Of a stretch of DNA of 64,000 nt, positions 23,840 to 36,872 are shown one piece after another (the stretch's first letter is position 1; the number at the start of each line of letters is the position of its first letter). Origin of the DNA: Rhizodiscina lignyota (lineage: Eukaryota); the NCBI GenBank assembly GCA_010015805.1, contig ML978122.1, positions 1,026,453-1,090,452 of the forward strand, given 5' to 3'. The translations under genes were made by a program, and so were the position numbers. Under the pieces are notes generated by a model. That model was not told the DNA's origin, did no database searches, and saw only the letters and a program-made list of their open reading frames with translations.

Positions 23840-24279
23840 CTACCCTTGCCTACGACCAAGTCAGTCTTCGCATGAGAAATCCAACCGTAGGGACCTTACC
23901 TCTGTTTGTGCTTTGGATTCTTGCTACATATAATGTACACATACTTCTTCTTCCTTCGAACACTCTGAGACAGGGTTAGCTGTTTTCTCTCATGCAGTGG
24001 TTCGAGTGCTCTAACCTTGCAGCCATCACATAATTTCTTCACTGATGTTCGCACCTTCATTCCCCTGGCTTGCGTAGCTGTATTGCTGGTCGAAGCAAGA
24101 GCATTATTCGATCGGATCGTCGGTCTGGCGAGGGATGAGAGGAGGCTACTAGCTGAAGTTCGAGAGGTGAAAGTCCTTGAAAGCGAGCGCTGAGAATAGC
24201 GGACTGCGGTGAATGTCGCGGTTTGAAGGGAGGAGAAGATGGTCTGCCGCGCTCGCAGCAAAAGCGGTCTGCCGAGCAT
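23840..24279 (-). CDS. RTC6: Mitochondrial ribosomal protein bL36m (L36)
   Basis: Arg/Ser-rich presequence, then GMKVRTSVKKLCDGCK / SVRRKKKYVYIICSKNPKHKQR / QG*. Two introns; stop TAG at 23840-23842. Confidence 0.93.
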
Positions 24280-24526
24280 CGTGAAAGATGAGAAGATAAT
24301 GTATAAGGTAAATCCTCCGCTGGTGATAGGGTCTTAGCCTTAATTGAAGATTGCTGAAGGATCTGCGACTGCGGAGGACTGGGAGTCCGTCTTGATGTTG
24401 AACCTCCGAGTTTGATATGCGGCCGGTTAATCTTCGGACCGCATCTCCGAATAATTTTCTGGACAGGAGCTCTTCGAAAGGTCGGACAAGACGAAACGCA
24501 AAGGTTTCTACAGCAATTGCACGAAG

Positions 24527-27170
24527 ATGAGGGTGAATGGCGTTGTCAGGTCACAGGCAACTGCCTTACGATCGCTCCAACATGGGCTCAATTCACGTCA
24601 AACTTGGACGCGACATGTCTGTCTCGGGGCGCCGCATCGCTGTGTCTCGACAGCAGTTCTGCGGCCGGTGAACGTCGTATCGAGAGACCAGCGGATTCAA
24701 TGGCAGAGCAGAAGACACCAGGCCGGCGCGGCTGCTGCTATGTATGAAGCTCCGACCATGATGGCGTTCAAGGAGAAGACAAAGCTAATTGTGGCAGGCT
24801 CGAGCAAGCACAAGCCGAACCGGGCGAGCTGGCGCAACAGACAATTATAGAGAACCTCAACCCTGAAGAGGCAAAAAGACTGTCGATGGTTCGAAATATT
24901 GGCATTGCTGTGAGATATTACCCTCCAATGATTGGACTCGTGCGTTGCGCAAGCTGGAACTTCGCATTCACGTAAAGTCAATTATACACGGTACTCATAC
25001 TGATTGGCGAATGTTATATAGGCGCATATCGACAGCGGTAAAACTACAGCGACGGAACGTGTCCTCTTCTATACGGGTCGAATCCACTCTATCCACGAAG
25101 TTAGGGGCAAAGATTCGGTAGGCGCAAAGATGGACAGCATGGACCTGGAGCGCGAGAAGGGTATCACTATTCAGTCCGCCGCAACATTCTGTGACTGGGT
25201 AAAGAAAAATGACTCAGGAGAGGAGGAGAAATACCACATCAATCTCATCGACACACCCGGACATATCGATTTCACCATAGAGGTCGAAAGAGCTTTAAGA
25301 GTGTTGGACGGTGCGGTCATGATATTATGTGCCGTTTCAGGAGTTCAAAGTCAAACTATTACCGTTGACAGACAGATGAGACGTTACAATGTTCCAAGAC
25401 TCAGCTTCATTAACAAGATGGACCGTATGGGCGCAAATCCCTTCAAGGCGGTGGATCAGATCAATCACAAGCTCAGGTTACCAGCGGCGGCGATACAAGT
25501 TCCAATTGGGGCCGAGGATAACTTCAAAGGCGTTGTTGATCTCATCAGGATGAAGGCGATCTACAACGAGGGCGCCAAAGGAGAGACGATTCGAGAGACG
25601 GACGAAATTCCTGCAGATGTCCTACCTGTAGCACAAGAGCGGCGAGCTAAGCTCATTGAGACACTCGCGGATGTAGACGAGGAAATTGCGGAGCTTTTCC
25701 TGGACGAGCAGACACCCACGCCAGACCAGATTAAAGCTGCTATCCGAAGAGCCACGATTTCCCTGAAGTTCACCCCCGTTATGATGGGTTCAGCGTTAGC
25801 TGATAAATCCATCCAGCCTATGTTGGATGCAGTCTGCGATTACCTTCCAAACCCGGCGGAAGTGGAAAATCTAGCTCTTGATCGTCGGCGTCAGGAAGCA
25901 TCTGTAAAGCTTGTCCCATACAATTCACTACCTTTCGTTGGATTGGCTTTCAAATTGGAAGAGAGCAATTTTGGACAGTTAACCTATATCCGAGTCTATC
26001 AAGGTAGCTTAAAGAGAGCAGCCGTCCTGTATAACGCACGCACAGACAAGAAGGTCAAGATTCCACGTATTGTGCGCATGCACAGTAATGAGATGGAAGA
26101 TGTACAAGAAGTGGGTGCTGGTGAGATTTGCGCCGTCTTTGGTGTGGATTGTGCCAGTGGAGACACGTTCACTGATGGACAGCTGGGTTACAGCATGGTA
26201 AGTATATTCTTCTTTTGTCTTCTGGATGGTTTAACAAGCCGATAATAACAAATCTCCACAGACTTCAATGTTCGTGCCTGATCCAGTCATCTCTCTGTCC
26301 ATTGCCCCAAAGCACTCGAAGGACGGCTCCAACTTCTCAAAAGCCATTGCCCGCTTCCAACGCGAAGATCCTACATTCCGCGTCCATTTCGATGGCGAAT
26401 CTCAGGAAACTATTATCTCTGGTATGGGTGAACTCCATCTCGAAGTCTACGTCGAACGTATGCGACGAGAGTACAATGTCGACTGCATCACTGGGCAGCC
26501 GCAAGTCGCGTGGCGAGAAACTGTCACAGAGAGCGTCAACTTCGATCACCTACTGAAGAAGCAGACTGGTGGTGCTGGTGACTATGCTCGCGTCATGGGA
26601 TGGCTAGAACCAACTGGCTCGCTTGGAGAGAACAAGTTTGAGACTCAGGTCACGAGCGGCGCCATCAGTGAGAAGTTCCTGTCTGCTTGCGAGAAAGGTT
26701 TCTACCAGAGCTGCGAGAAGGGCCCATTGCTGGGCCACAAAGTCTTAGGCGTCAACATGGTGGTCAACGACGGTGCGATTCATATGACCGATTCATCCGA
26801 CCACGCCTTCAATACTGCGACACAGCAAGCCTTCCGTAAAGCTTTTGCGCAGGCAAATCCGCAAGTTTTGGAGCCGATTATGAAGACCACAATTACCGCG
26901 CCGACCGAATTCCAGGGTAACGTCGTCGGGTTGCTGAACAAGCGCAATGCCACGATCAACGATACGGATACTAGCGCAGAGGATTTTACAGTCTATGCGG
27001 ATTGCTCGCTGAACAGTATGTTTGGCTTCAGCACACAGTTGAGGGCAGCGACACAGGGGAAAGGCGAATTTGGAATGGAATTTGCTCACTACAGTGCAAC
27101 GACGCCGCAGTTGCAGAGAGAGTTGGTGGCGAAGTATGCTAAGGCACAGCAGGAGAAGAGCAAGAAATGA
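24527..27170 (+). CDS. MEF1: Mitochondrial elongation factor G1
   Basis: Presequence, then [39 protein letters not shown] and GMGELHL. Introns 24742-24797, 24910-25021 and 26198-26261. Confidence 0.96.
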
Positions 27171-27433
27171 TCGAATTTAGCAGCGACATTGAGTTAAAGG
27201 CGAGCTTTGTAAAGATAGAAGACGGAGGTACAGAAAGCCTGTACAGGATAACTCGGAAAGGGTAGATACGATTGCGGCATCTGCATCAGCGGGAGTCATG
27301 GTTTGTCTTGGGATCACGGAGACTAGACGATGGCCGGAGCTGTAAATTCTCAACTCTTGTGTTAGTTATAGCTTACTGAGTGGGTATCAACACTTAAATG
27401 AACCATTCATATCAACTCCTGAAATTGATCATT

Positions 27434-29236
27434 TCATCGTGCAGCCACCTGCGCCTCAATATTTTCCTTGCCCTTATCCTCCTTCGGCAACCTCATCGCG
27501 AGTCTTCTAGATTCTGCTCTCGCTATGCCGGTACGTGAGGCTTTAGGCTCGCTTGAAGTCCCATTGGAATTCTCCTTTGGTTCCTCCTTCACAACTACTG
27601 GTGCCGCCTCACTTGAAGGCTGGGTATTCGCATCCTTTGAGGCTTCCGGTTTCACAACGGCTTTCGGTTGGCCCGGCTCACCATTAAGCACCTTCTCCAT
27701 CCAAGCCTTGACTTCCTCCGCAGGTTTGACCACACGTCCGAGATACTGAAGTATGTCTGGCCTGTCACACTGGAACCGCACTGTCACAGGCTGCCAAAAG
27801 TCCATCTCCTCAGGTTTCTGAGGCTCTTTGTCCTTTGATGTGCGCTCCTTTCCCCTCTGCGCAATTCTCGCAAGCTCAATGTACCGTGGAGCATCTTCGG
27901 CTTGCTTTGCCTTGCGCTTGATGAGAAATGAAGCCGTGCAAGATTTGAATCCGGGCGCATACTCTAGAATAGTGTTCGGCGGGAAAAGGAATCTCGAAGA
28001 CGTATCAAGTGCAAACTCAATAAGCAAGGCTGTGATACGGATGTTTTGTGGATGCGCCACAGCGGGAGAGTAGCGCGGAGTTTGTGGTTGAGGAGGATAA
28101 TATGGCTGAGGTGTGAAAGCAGCTGGTGGCCCATATGACGGTGTTGATGGGTTAGGCGAATATTGTGGTGCAGGTGATGGAGCTTGATACGGCACAGACG
28201 GAGGGGCCATGTTATTTCCTGGCACAGGGGTTGGTGATAATACCTTTCCACCACTCAGTGGAGGGCCTTTGTGTGAAGGAGGAGCTGGCGTCGACTGAGC
28301 TGACCGTTGTGCCACAATCTTATTGAGCTCATCAATGTGTTTCTGGAAATAATCGAGCTGCTCCTGGTTAGCGGTGCCAGTTGCGACTATCTTCATGACC
28401 GATTTGAGCTCTGGATTTGTGCTGGCACGCTGCGCGAGCATTTGTATAACCGGGTCAGGTGTATTCGCCTGTTGCTGCGGTGGTGCCGGAGTTGGAGGAG
28501 GGTGTGTTGGCCTGGAGTTGTTTGGTGGATGCGGTGTTTGAGGAGTGCTGTGCTGTTGGTAGGGTCCACGCTGTTGTGGATGAGGGGTTTGGTTTGCGGG
28601 ACGGTATGGCGATTGATGGTTTGGTGTGATGGGATGTTGATGGTTATGAGGTGCGTATTGATGATATTGAGGATGGTGCGGTTGGTGAACAGGTGGAATG
28701 TTCTCCTTCACCATGTAGAGAGTGATATCGAAGATATGCGGTTCCACCATGAGCTGACATTGTCCAATTTTCTCACCCGGCTTCCCTTTCTCACGCGGTT
28801 GTGTTGGTTGCTCTCCCTTCTTCTTCGTCGGAGGTTTGGTCCAGTATTTATCGAACACGCCTTCTGTCGTCCACTGCCGCCGCGAGCGTGCTAGAGCTAC
28901 TGCAAGGACTCCACTCTCTTTGATGGTCTGGTACTCTGGTCCGTACTCTTTCGGTAGCTCCTTGACGGTTGGCAATGGCTTGCCATCCACCAGTTTCGAG
29001 GGCAATATATCTATCTTCGGTGCGGGCTCATCGTCCACAACGATTGATTCTGCCTGCCCTTTCTTTGTCTTCAGCTTCTCTTTTCCTTTCAACTTCGTCG
29101 CAGACCGGCTCGGCGTTGACTTTGGAGTTTCTTTGGGTTTCGGAGTTTCGACTTCAACCGCTTGTCGTTTCGCCGCCGATTCTGTCCTGACACGCGTCGA
29201 ATATCTTCGCTTCTGACCTGCCTCTTCTTCTGCCAT
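27434..29236 (-). CDS. SWC3: SWR1-complex protein 3-like
   Basis: Single ORF from MAEEEAG. Conserved-looking blocks ESGVLAVALARSRRQW..EGVFDKYWTKP, DPVIQMLAQRAS.NPELK.VMKIVA.G.A..EQL..FQ.HIDEL and FLFP.NTILE. Confidence 0.7.
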   Translation of the reverse strand: MAEEEAGQKRRYSTRVRTESAAKRQAVEVETPKPKETPKSTPSRSATKLKGKEKLKTKKGQAESIVVDDEPAPKIDILPSKLVDGKPLPTVKELPKEYGPEYQTIKESGVLAVALARSRRQWTTEGVFDKYWTKPPTKKKGEQPTQPREKGKPGEKIGQCQLMVEPHIFDITLYMVKENIPPVHQPHHPQYHQYAPHNHQHPITPNHQSPYRPANQTPHPQQRGPYQQHSTPQTPHPPNNSRPTHPPPTPAPPQQQANTPDPVIQMLAQRASTNPELKSVMKIVATGTANQEQLDYFQKHIDELNKIVAQRSAQSTPAPPSHKGPPLSGGKVLSPTPVPGNNMAPPSVPYQAPSPAPQYSPNPSTPSYGPPAAFTPQPYYPPQPQTPRYSPAVAHPQNIRITALLIEFALDTSSRFLFPPNTILEYAPGFKSCTASFLIKRKAKQAEDAPRYIELARIAQRGKERTSKDKEPQKPEEMDFWQPVTVRFQCDRPDILQYLGRVVKPAEEVKAWMEKVLNGEPGQPKAVVKPEASKDANTQPSSEAAPVVVKEEPKENSNGTSSEPKASRTGIARAESRRLAMRLPKEDKGKENIEAQVAAR

Positions 29237-29798
29237 GTTTGTAATTATCTTTGTCGCGACATGTATCAAGGTTGCTGCGTTTGGAAAAAATGGCTGGAGG
29301 TCGAGCGCGGCGAAAGGTTGAACGTTGGTGTTGAACAGCAGTTGCGCCGAGAGCGTCTGCGAGAGGCGAGAAGCCCTGCACCTTGATTGAAGAAGCGCAG
29401 AACAAGTTCTGAAAGGTGAAGGGACGGAGGATCGAGATGCGGCGAATTTGGTTGCTAAAAGACGAAGAAGGAAGGTGCAGCGATAAATTTATCAGACATC
29501 GGGATGCCAAGGCTGGTCTTCATCATGGAATCCTTCGTGGTGTCGCAGCGCATACTCGTCCAGTATGAATGATGGTATCTTGTTCCGTGAGCCTGGCTTC
29601 TTGTTTTCTAGATCTTGTTTTTCCTTGATGACCTGATTCGATTCAGAGACGTTTCGGTCAGCTTTACATTTGCGATTGTTGTTTTTGATACCTCTATCAA
29701 CCCTCGGCGCGTTTTTGGCCATCTCATATATTCTCCTTTGACCTCTCTTCGATAAATTTCCTTAGTTTTCTCTCGAGAATCTCAGGATACATACAGCA

Positions 29799-31264
29799 AT
29801 GTCTCGATTAAAGATGGCCTTCTGGGCCTTGGCTGCTCTAGGCGGCCTCTATGCCCTCTTCATGGGTGCATTGATAAGCCCACCGTTCCAAAGATTGTTG
29901 GTTGGCACGCCCTATTTTAAGACCTCCATTTTCTAATAAGGCTCCAAAGCGCTCTATACGCAAACAGTTTCCAATCATGGTGGGACGACCTCGGCGATGG
30001 TGAAGCTTTCGGTTTCCTCAGTATGCCGCCGGTCTACGCCCCCGAGTACGCTTCGAATTCTTACGGCATTTGTAGGAAACCAAGTCAGACCCTTCAACAT
30101 CAGCACTCCAGATGGGCAGACTTTATATGCCTGGCATATTCTGCCGCTTAGCATCTACGATGAGCACGAAGCAGAGCTTATAGATGAATTCTGGAAAGAA
30201 AGCAACCAGAGCATTCCATACAAGGAGTCTATGGCATTCAAGATCTTAACGGAAGATCCTCAAAGTCAAGTTGTGGTTAGCTGTATGTATCTCACATATC
30301 TCACAAAGACGACGCTAATCTATCTCAGTTCACGGAGTATGCTGTTGACGTTTAATGTTTGAGAGCTACATCTGATGTGTCACAGAATGCCGGACACCTC
30401 GCCAATGGCCATCGAAAAAACAACTATCGCTCAATATCTTCAGGGTCTCAAGCTCATATCATCACATTTGACTATCGAGGCTTTGGTCGTTCCACTGGCA
30501 CTCCCACAGAGTCGGGGCTTATAATGGACGGTATTGCCGCGGTAGACTTCGTGCTCAACGACATCAATATCCCGTCCCGTCGCATCACGATTCTCGCTCA
30601 GAGTCTTGGAACAGCTATTTCAAGCGCAACAACGCTCCATTTCGTTGACAAAGAAGCGGCCGACGAACTCATGCCAGTGCTTGACTCTGATGCATTGAAC
30701 ACACTACAAAAAAACCAGGACTCCATTGATTTCAAAGCCTTCATCGTTGTCGCCCCTTTCAGCTCAATCCCGGTGCTGATGAAGACGTACCGTATCCTGG
30801 GTATCATTCCAATTCTCTCGCCACTACGGTTCTATCCTTTTCTCGAGGAGTTCCTCGTTGGCAGGATCGCCGATACTTGGAATACACAGGCTCGCATATT
30901 TGCCTTGCTCAAAGCATACTCTCGCATGGAAGGCGATCGGAGACTCCACCTCCACTTCCTTCACGCACTCAATGACTTCGATATACCGTGCAGCCATTCG
31001 GAAGAGCTCATGTATACGGCTATGAACGCCTCGATGCCTGATAATCTGCACGGCGGAGTACTTCCGCGTCCAGCGTTTGACGAACTCAAGGATAAAAATA
31101 TAACTAGACGCAGTGGTGGTCGCATGCAATACCCATTGGGAGGAGCAGATGGTGAGGGAAAGGGCGAGGTGTTGCTCGACATTGTCAGATTTGGCGGCCA
31201 TAATCGGATTGGAGCCTTGCAACCTGTTACTCTGGCTGTCAAGAGGGCTTTAGCGCAGGCGTAA
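29799..31264 (+). CDS. ABHD12-like alpha/beta hydrolase with N-terminal membrane anchor
   Basis: N-terminal TM segment, TPDGQTLYAWHILP, spliced FHGNAGH (via the 8-nt exon 30329-30336), FDYRGFGRST, AQSLGT, HALNDFDIP and GGHN. Four introns. Confidence 0.88.
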
Positions 31265-31524
31265 TGCTGCTTACAGGATAGACTAATGAGCCTTAGACGG
31301 GCCATTCACTCAAGGGGTTATGGCATTGGGCAACATCTTAGGGGTTATGATACCGTTGATTTGAGTATAGGGATGAGCAGTATCGTGACAATTCCCTTCA
31401 ATTCGTTAGAGTCCTTTGCTTCCCATCCATTTGCCATCCGTCATTTCTCATGAATCATAATCTTCCTCCCCTCCATTCCCAGTCGTACTCGATGCGTTTC
31501 GCAGTCAAAGGTTCCGCCGTTGCA

Positions 31525-32041
31525 TCACTTCTCCTTGTCCGCAGTCTTGCCGAACGAACCCTTCTCAGACTGGCCCTTGACCTCGAGCTCGCGCTTCTCG
31601 CGCTCCGAAGCAGCCGCGTTGGCAAGCTTGCGCTTGATCTTTCCCATCGCGACGCGCGCAGACTCCTCCGTGTAACCCGCACCCTCAGACATCTTCTTGT
31701 AGTTGATCTGCAGGATCCCGACGGTCAACAGTGTCTACAACCAGGATGGACTTCAGAGTATCCTCGACATAAGGAAAGGAGTGAAAAGCACTTACGCGAC
31801 CGTCCCTCATGCTGTCCCACGCGACAGCCAGCACCTCCATCTCGCGCGGAGTGAGCGGCTCGACCTTGGTGGCGCGCAGGAGAAGAGCGGGGGCCTTGTT
31901 GGTCTTTGCGGGCGTGTTGTTGTCGGCATCAGCAGGGCTCGCGACGCGCTTGGGAGCCTTATTGGCGCCCTCTGGCTCTGCTGGAGTTGGAGTTCCGATC
32001 AACGCGTTGACCTTGTCGTTGAGAGTCTGGTGGGAAGCCAT
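31525..32041 (-). CDS. Small basic protein with Myb/HTH-like helical motif (hypothetical)
   Basis: MASHQTLNDK...LTPREMEVLAVAWDSM, GTAAGT donor at 31795, then INYKKMSEGAGYTEESARVAMGKIKRKL...*. Strong C/G-ending codon bias. Confidence 0.65.
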
Positions 32042-33031
32042 GGTAGTTGTAGGTGTGGTATGAAGAAGGTGGTAGAGGCTGTTGTAGAAAAGAAGTCAAG
32101 GTTCAGGTGCTGGGTGAAAGAAAAGGCAAAGCAACGTTGGCGCGTAAACAGTGCACTAGCCTCGTGTTTGGTGGCTGAGGAAGTTGGAAAAGTCCGGCTC
32201 AAAGAGGCTTTGTAGGGCAAGGTTAAGCCGGCTGGAAGAAAGTCTTCTGCCTTAATGACGTGGTTCGAAAGCAAGTGGCGTTAATTTTGCGACGTTTGAT
32301 TGGTGAAAGGGGACTTGGTGTTGAGAGAGATTTTGATATCGTCAGGAGCTTGTGTCACTTTGCACAATACGAGCTCCTAGCTCGCGAATTATCCCATAAT
32401 GGTGCCCTTGAGCAACTTTCCTAGTGTTCAAAATCTCTCTCTTTTAATAAGTTGGACAGTAGCTCAGGTCCGTTCATATGTTACTCCGTACACCAACCAC
32501 TCATGCCATTGCCTTTCTAGCAACAATCCAACAGCTCTTAGGTATCTTCATCTTGCAACTTCACGTTCACCATCCCTCTTCACACGGGCCCAAGTTTGTC
32601 GGTTCGTAATACTGGAGACGGTGTTTTGCTTCATGCTTGAGCTTTCGCCCGTCATCAACTTCATTAACTGGCTCGACCCTCTCTGAAAGAGGTCATAAGT
32701 AGACAGTGCCCCGCAGGTGCACGTATAGATACAGACAGAACTGAGACAACAACATGCACCAGTAAAGACAGAGCCGTGCCCCAAACCACTCTGCGTGTTG
32801 CGCAAGAGCCCTCCGAACTTTTCATAATCCGGGTAGCGACAGAATTTCCTCCTTCGTAAGAAGTGTAAGGCCGTCGAGGAGGGTATAAACGTAAACCAAA
32901 AAACAAAAACAAAAACACGCTATGACAGTGAGCAAAATAAACCAACGTAGACAATAAACTGCCGTAGATCAAGGTACCTCATCATGTCGCTCAAAATGAA
33001 AAATTCTGCAAAGATGTTATAATCCGTCCTC

Positions 33032-36000
33032 TTAACTCACGATCGCACTGTCAGTCTTCTGCTTCCTCCCACTCTTAGAGATCATAGCATTCTCAATCGC
33101 CTTCTCCTGTGCCTCCCTAAACTTCGCCCACTCCCGCTCCTCTTCTTCACCAAGCTCCCCCATCTCTCCCGCCTTCCGCAGTGCCTTCAGCTCTTCAACG
33201 TTCGCGCCAATCGATCGGAACACCTCCGCCCAGCCCGCCTTTTTGATCTCTTCCCTCAGTTCTGCGCCTTGGAGATTCTCCAGCTTGTGCTTGAACTCCG
33301 CGATCTCTGCCTCCGAATGGTGGTGGTCAGGGATGTCGCCATTCTCCGCCCCGGAATCGTCTATCGCAGACTCGCTTTCGCCGTTTGTTACTCCAAGGAT
33401 ATCCTGTCTGATGGCCTGGCCAAGCTTGTGCATGCGTCCTTCTTCCAAGCCCATCATACGGCCGGCAAGCGAGACGTCGGAGGCATGGCGTGAGCGGCGA
33501 CCCAGACCGTGGAGGTCTTCGTCTTCGGAATCTTCGATGGCGGTGGAGTTCGTGAAAGAGTCTGTGTCTTTGAAAAGAGAAGAAGGCGTATTTGGACCGG
33601 TAGCAGGAGAGCTAGAGAGGAGGGATTGTGGAGGTGAGGATGAAGGCGTCGAGGCGGGCGAACCACCAACGGCATCCGGAGCCGGCGTAATACGAGTGTC
33701 GGGATACTCGGCTTCGAAACGGTCGATGATGTTTTTGAGGGTGTCATCGAGGAATTGAAGACGGCCTACATTATTCAAATCAGTACTTCGGCGATCGCTC
33801 GGGAGTGATAAGGAATACTCACGGAAATTCATATCATCTCCAGCCCTCGCTTCCTTGATCATGGCTGGATGTAATCTCATTCTAATCTTCCTCGCGCTGT
33901 CCAGTAAGTTCTTGCTCAGCTTCTTTGCCTTGACGCTGGCGCCAGCTTCTGGATCAATAAGGCTCTTCCGTTGCGGAGTTGCACTTCCGCTATTCGGCAC
34001 GCTTTCTTTTCTCATCTCTGCGGCCTTCTCCGAAAGGCAATAAGTGAGAGCCTTGACAACACCCGCGCCTCCAACAATATAGTCGTCATCTGGAGCTGGC
34101 TCGTCATCATCGTGGTTCTCGGGATTGCCGTCCACGTGTCCAACGAGATGGAGTAAGACCTCCGGAACATCGATATCCTTGTCAAAGGCACCGCTGCCGT
34201 GGAATTCAGTTACAGATTGCACAGCATCGGCTGCTTGCGGCAGCTCTGTGGCGGCAAAGCGCTCCATGTTCCGCAGACAGTATGCCACAACCTGCTTCCC
34301 AAGCGCCTTGACGATCTCGCTGTTATCTTGGGTTGGAACATCGATGTCGATGCAAATGATTGTGTCTGAAACTCTTGCCGCTGCCATGAGGGAGGCGTAT
34401 AATGCACAAGCCTCCTCCTGATCAGCCTCACATGTTGCAGACGCAAGTTTCTGCAACTCTGGGTTCTCCAGGATGTTCAGATGCGCGAGATTCGGAGATT
34501 CGGGAAGAACTTCAGCAAGACCGATCGCCTGACGAGGTTCAAGAGCTACATCGCAAAGGTGCAGCCGCTTGATCTGTTGTAGTTGAGGGATGTACTTTCG
34601 GAGTAGTGGAAGTGCATCGGGTGTATTTTCGAAGAGAGCGTGATTCCGCGAGAAGTCGAGGAATCTGAGGTTTGGAAGTTTCAGCAGTGCGGGGAACAGC
34701 GGCTTCAAAGACTCAGGTGTGAGATTGTTCTCTGCCAGACTCAGTGCCCAAAGTGGCGACTCGGTCGTAAAAGCCCCAGCCAATCTTGATAATCGATCAC
34801 CCAAGTCGTTGCCTGCAAGGTCAATGCCTTGACAGACTCCAGACCGCAGGTAGTGGATAACAGCCTCGAGGCCATCCTCGTCAAGATCATTGCCCGCAAG
34901 ACCAAGCCTGCTGACGCCACTCATCACAACTGCGTCTACGATCTTGCGGATGGTTGGACCAGCGAGGTCGCACTCGGCCATCATAAGCTCCTCAAGATGG
35001 CTTCCACCAAGACGTGTAGACAGGGCCTTTGAGAATATCTCCCCAAGATCCGTAGAGTTACTGTCCTTCCGTGATAGGGGTGACGTGGAAAGGGGCGCGT
35101 CAGTTTGAGGCGGCTGTGGGAAAGTGTTCATCGATACATCAAGCGCCTTTAGAGATCGGCACATGTAAAGAAATAAACTGATGTGCTTCCACGCTGTGTC
35201 CGTAAGCCTTGGGTTATTCTTGAGGCTAAGCTTCTCCACAATGCCGAGGCGTTCATGATGCAAGCTGTCATGATCCGTTGGGAAAGTAGGGGTTGTTGCC
35301 TTAAGGTGTCTCGGGCTACTTCGCTGTTCGGCTGGTGGTTTCGCGGCAAGCAAACTAGCAAGAATGACTCGTATGCCTTCGTCAGTAAGGTCTGCGTCTT
35401 CGAGGAGCAACTTCTTCACTGGCACAACCGCCAGCCAATCGCTCAATGCAACGACGTCTGGTAGTTGTAATCTGGAACCTGTGAGGTTCAAACAAGTTAC
35501 CATGCCAGGTCTGTCGATTGGGCAAATCTGAGGCTGAGCTAGCTGTTCAGTGATCCGTTTCAGGATTGGAGTTTCCCTGAGTTGGCAGCAACGTCGGTAT
35601 ATCCTTAATGGATCTGTGGTTGGTCGATCCTGTGGCCGTGGCGTCGCAGGCACAGACGAGTTCGGAGAGCTGCTGTCTCCATCTCTGCTGAACTCTTTCG
35701 GCAATGAGCCATTCTCCTCGGCCTTCCGCCTCTTCTTCTCCGCACGTTCCTTCTTCTCTTCATCAGTCCGCTTCTTCTTGTCGTTGCTGTCCGTATCTTT
35801 ATTGTCTTCTTCCTTCACTGTGCCTCCGGCGTTTGGAGCACACGCATTGTCCAAGTCCTCTCCGTTTACTGATCCCTCTTTTTCCTTCTGATCCGCAGCA
35901 GCTTGTGGATTTTTCAATACCGCACCTTCACCTTTCTCTTTCAACCTCTTATCCTTGTTCTTCTTTTTCTTCTCGTCAAGGTCCATGTCGTCTTTGTACC

Positions 36001-36872
36001 TCGGTCCTCCTGCAATCTCTACATCGACGCAGAATGCCACTTTCCGAAGCTTGTTCTGGTCGAGCTCCGGCATTGTGCATCTCTCGCGGTTCATATCGAT
36101 GTTCATAATCCTCCTCGGACACACGCCACCGTGAGGTATGACCTTGCCAGAGGTAGAGGTAGTCGAGCTTGACGAAAGTCGGCGTAAGGCATTGGAGAAG
36201 AACGAAGAGCCGGACTTGGGGGCCTGCGGTACGTAGGGTTCGACCTCTTCCTTCTTCGGCGCTTGTCCTTCCTTGACTGTAGGCAGATGCTGGTGGAGTC
36301 CATTGACCTGTACACCAGGCGGAGGATGAATTCCGGTTTGCGCTGGTTTGGGCGAGCTGGTCACCGCGGGCGAACCAGGCAGTGCCTGCTGTGATCCCCC
36401 GAACTTGGAGCTCAGATTCGATATCCAAGAACCGCGTCGTGTGGTGCTCTTTGAACTGTCTGAACTTTGCGATGATGTCGAAGCGAACGATTTCTCGGAG
36501 CTCGTTCTTCCCATCAACCCCGGCCGTTTCGAGAACGACTTCGAAGGCGTAGAGTTTATCATGTGCGGCGATTGCTCGTGTGGAGCAATGTCATCGGAGA
36601 CCGTCATAGGGTGCTTGTCCGAGGGTGTGCTTGGGGGTTGCGCTGGGAGCCCACCGTGGGATGATGTCTTCGGCGGCGCATCTTTTGTGAGGCCTGGTGA
36701 AGTCGGCGCGTGAATTCGGTGGTGATGCTCTGCGATTAGCGTTAGCTTCCATCTCAACGGCTCGAAATACTGTGGCGACTTCGACCACTATCGTCGTCGC
36801 GAAATGAATTCCGTAATCACCTCGATTAGAGTGGTGCAGCCAAGACACGTCCACACCGTGAATGCCCTCCAT
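33032..36872 (-). CDS. MHP1: MAP-homologous protein 1 (Mhp1/Gip3-like, RNI-type LRR)
   Basis: Exon 1 MEGIHGVDVSWLHHS; PP1-docking-like KVAF; YRRCCQLRETPILK; LRR repeats; in-frame intron near 33766-33822. Confidence 0.85.
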
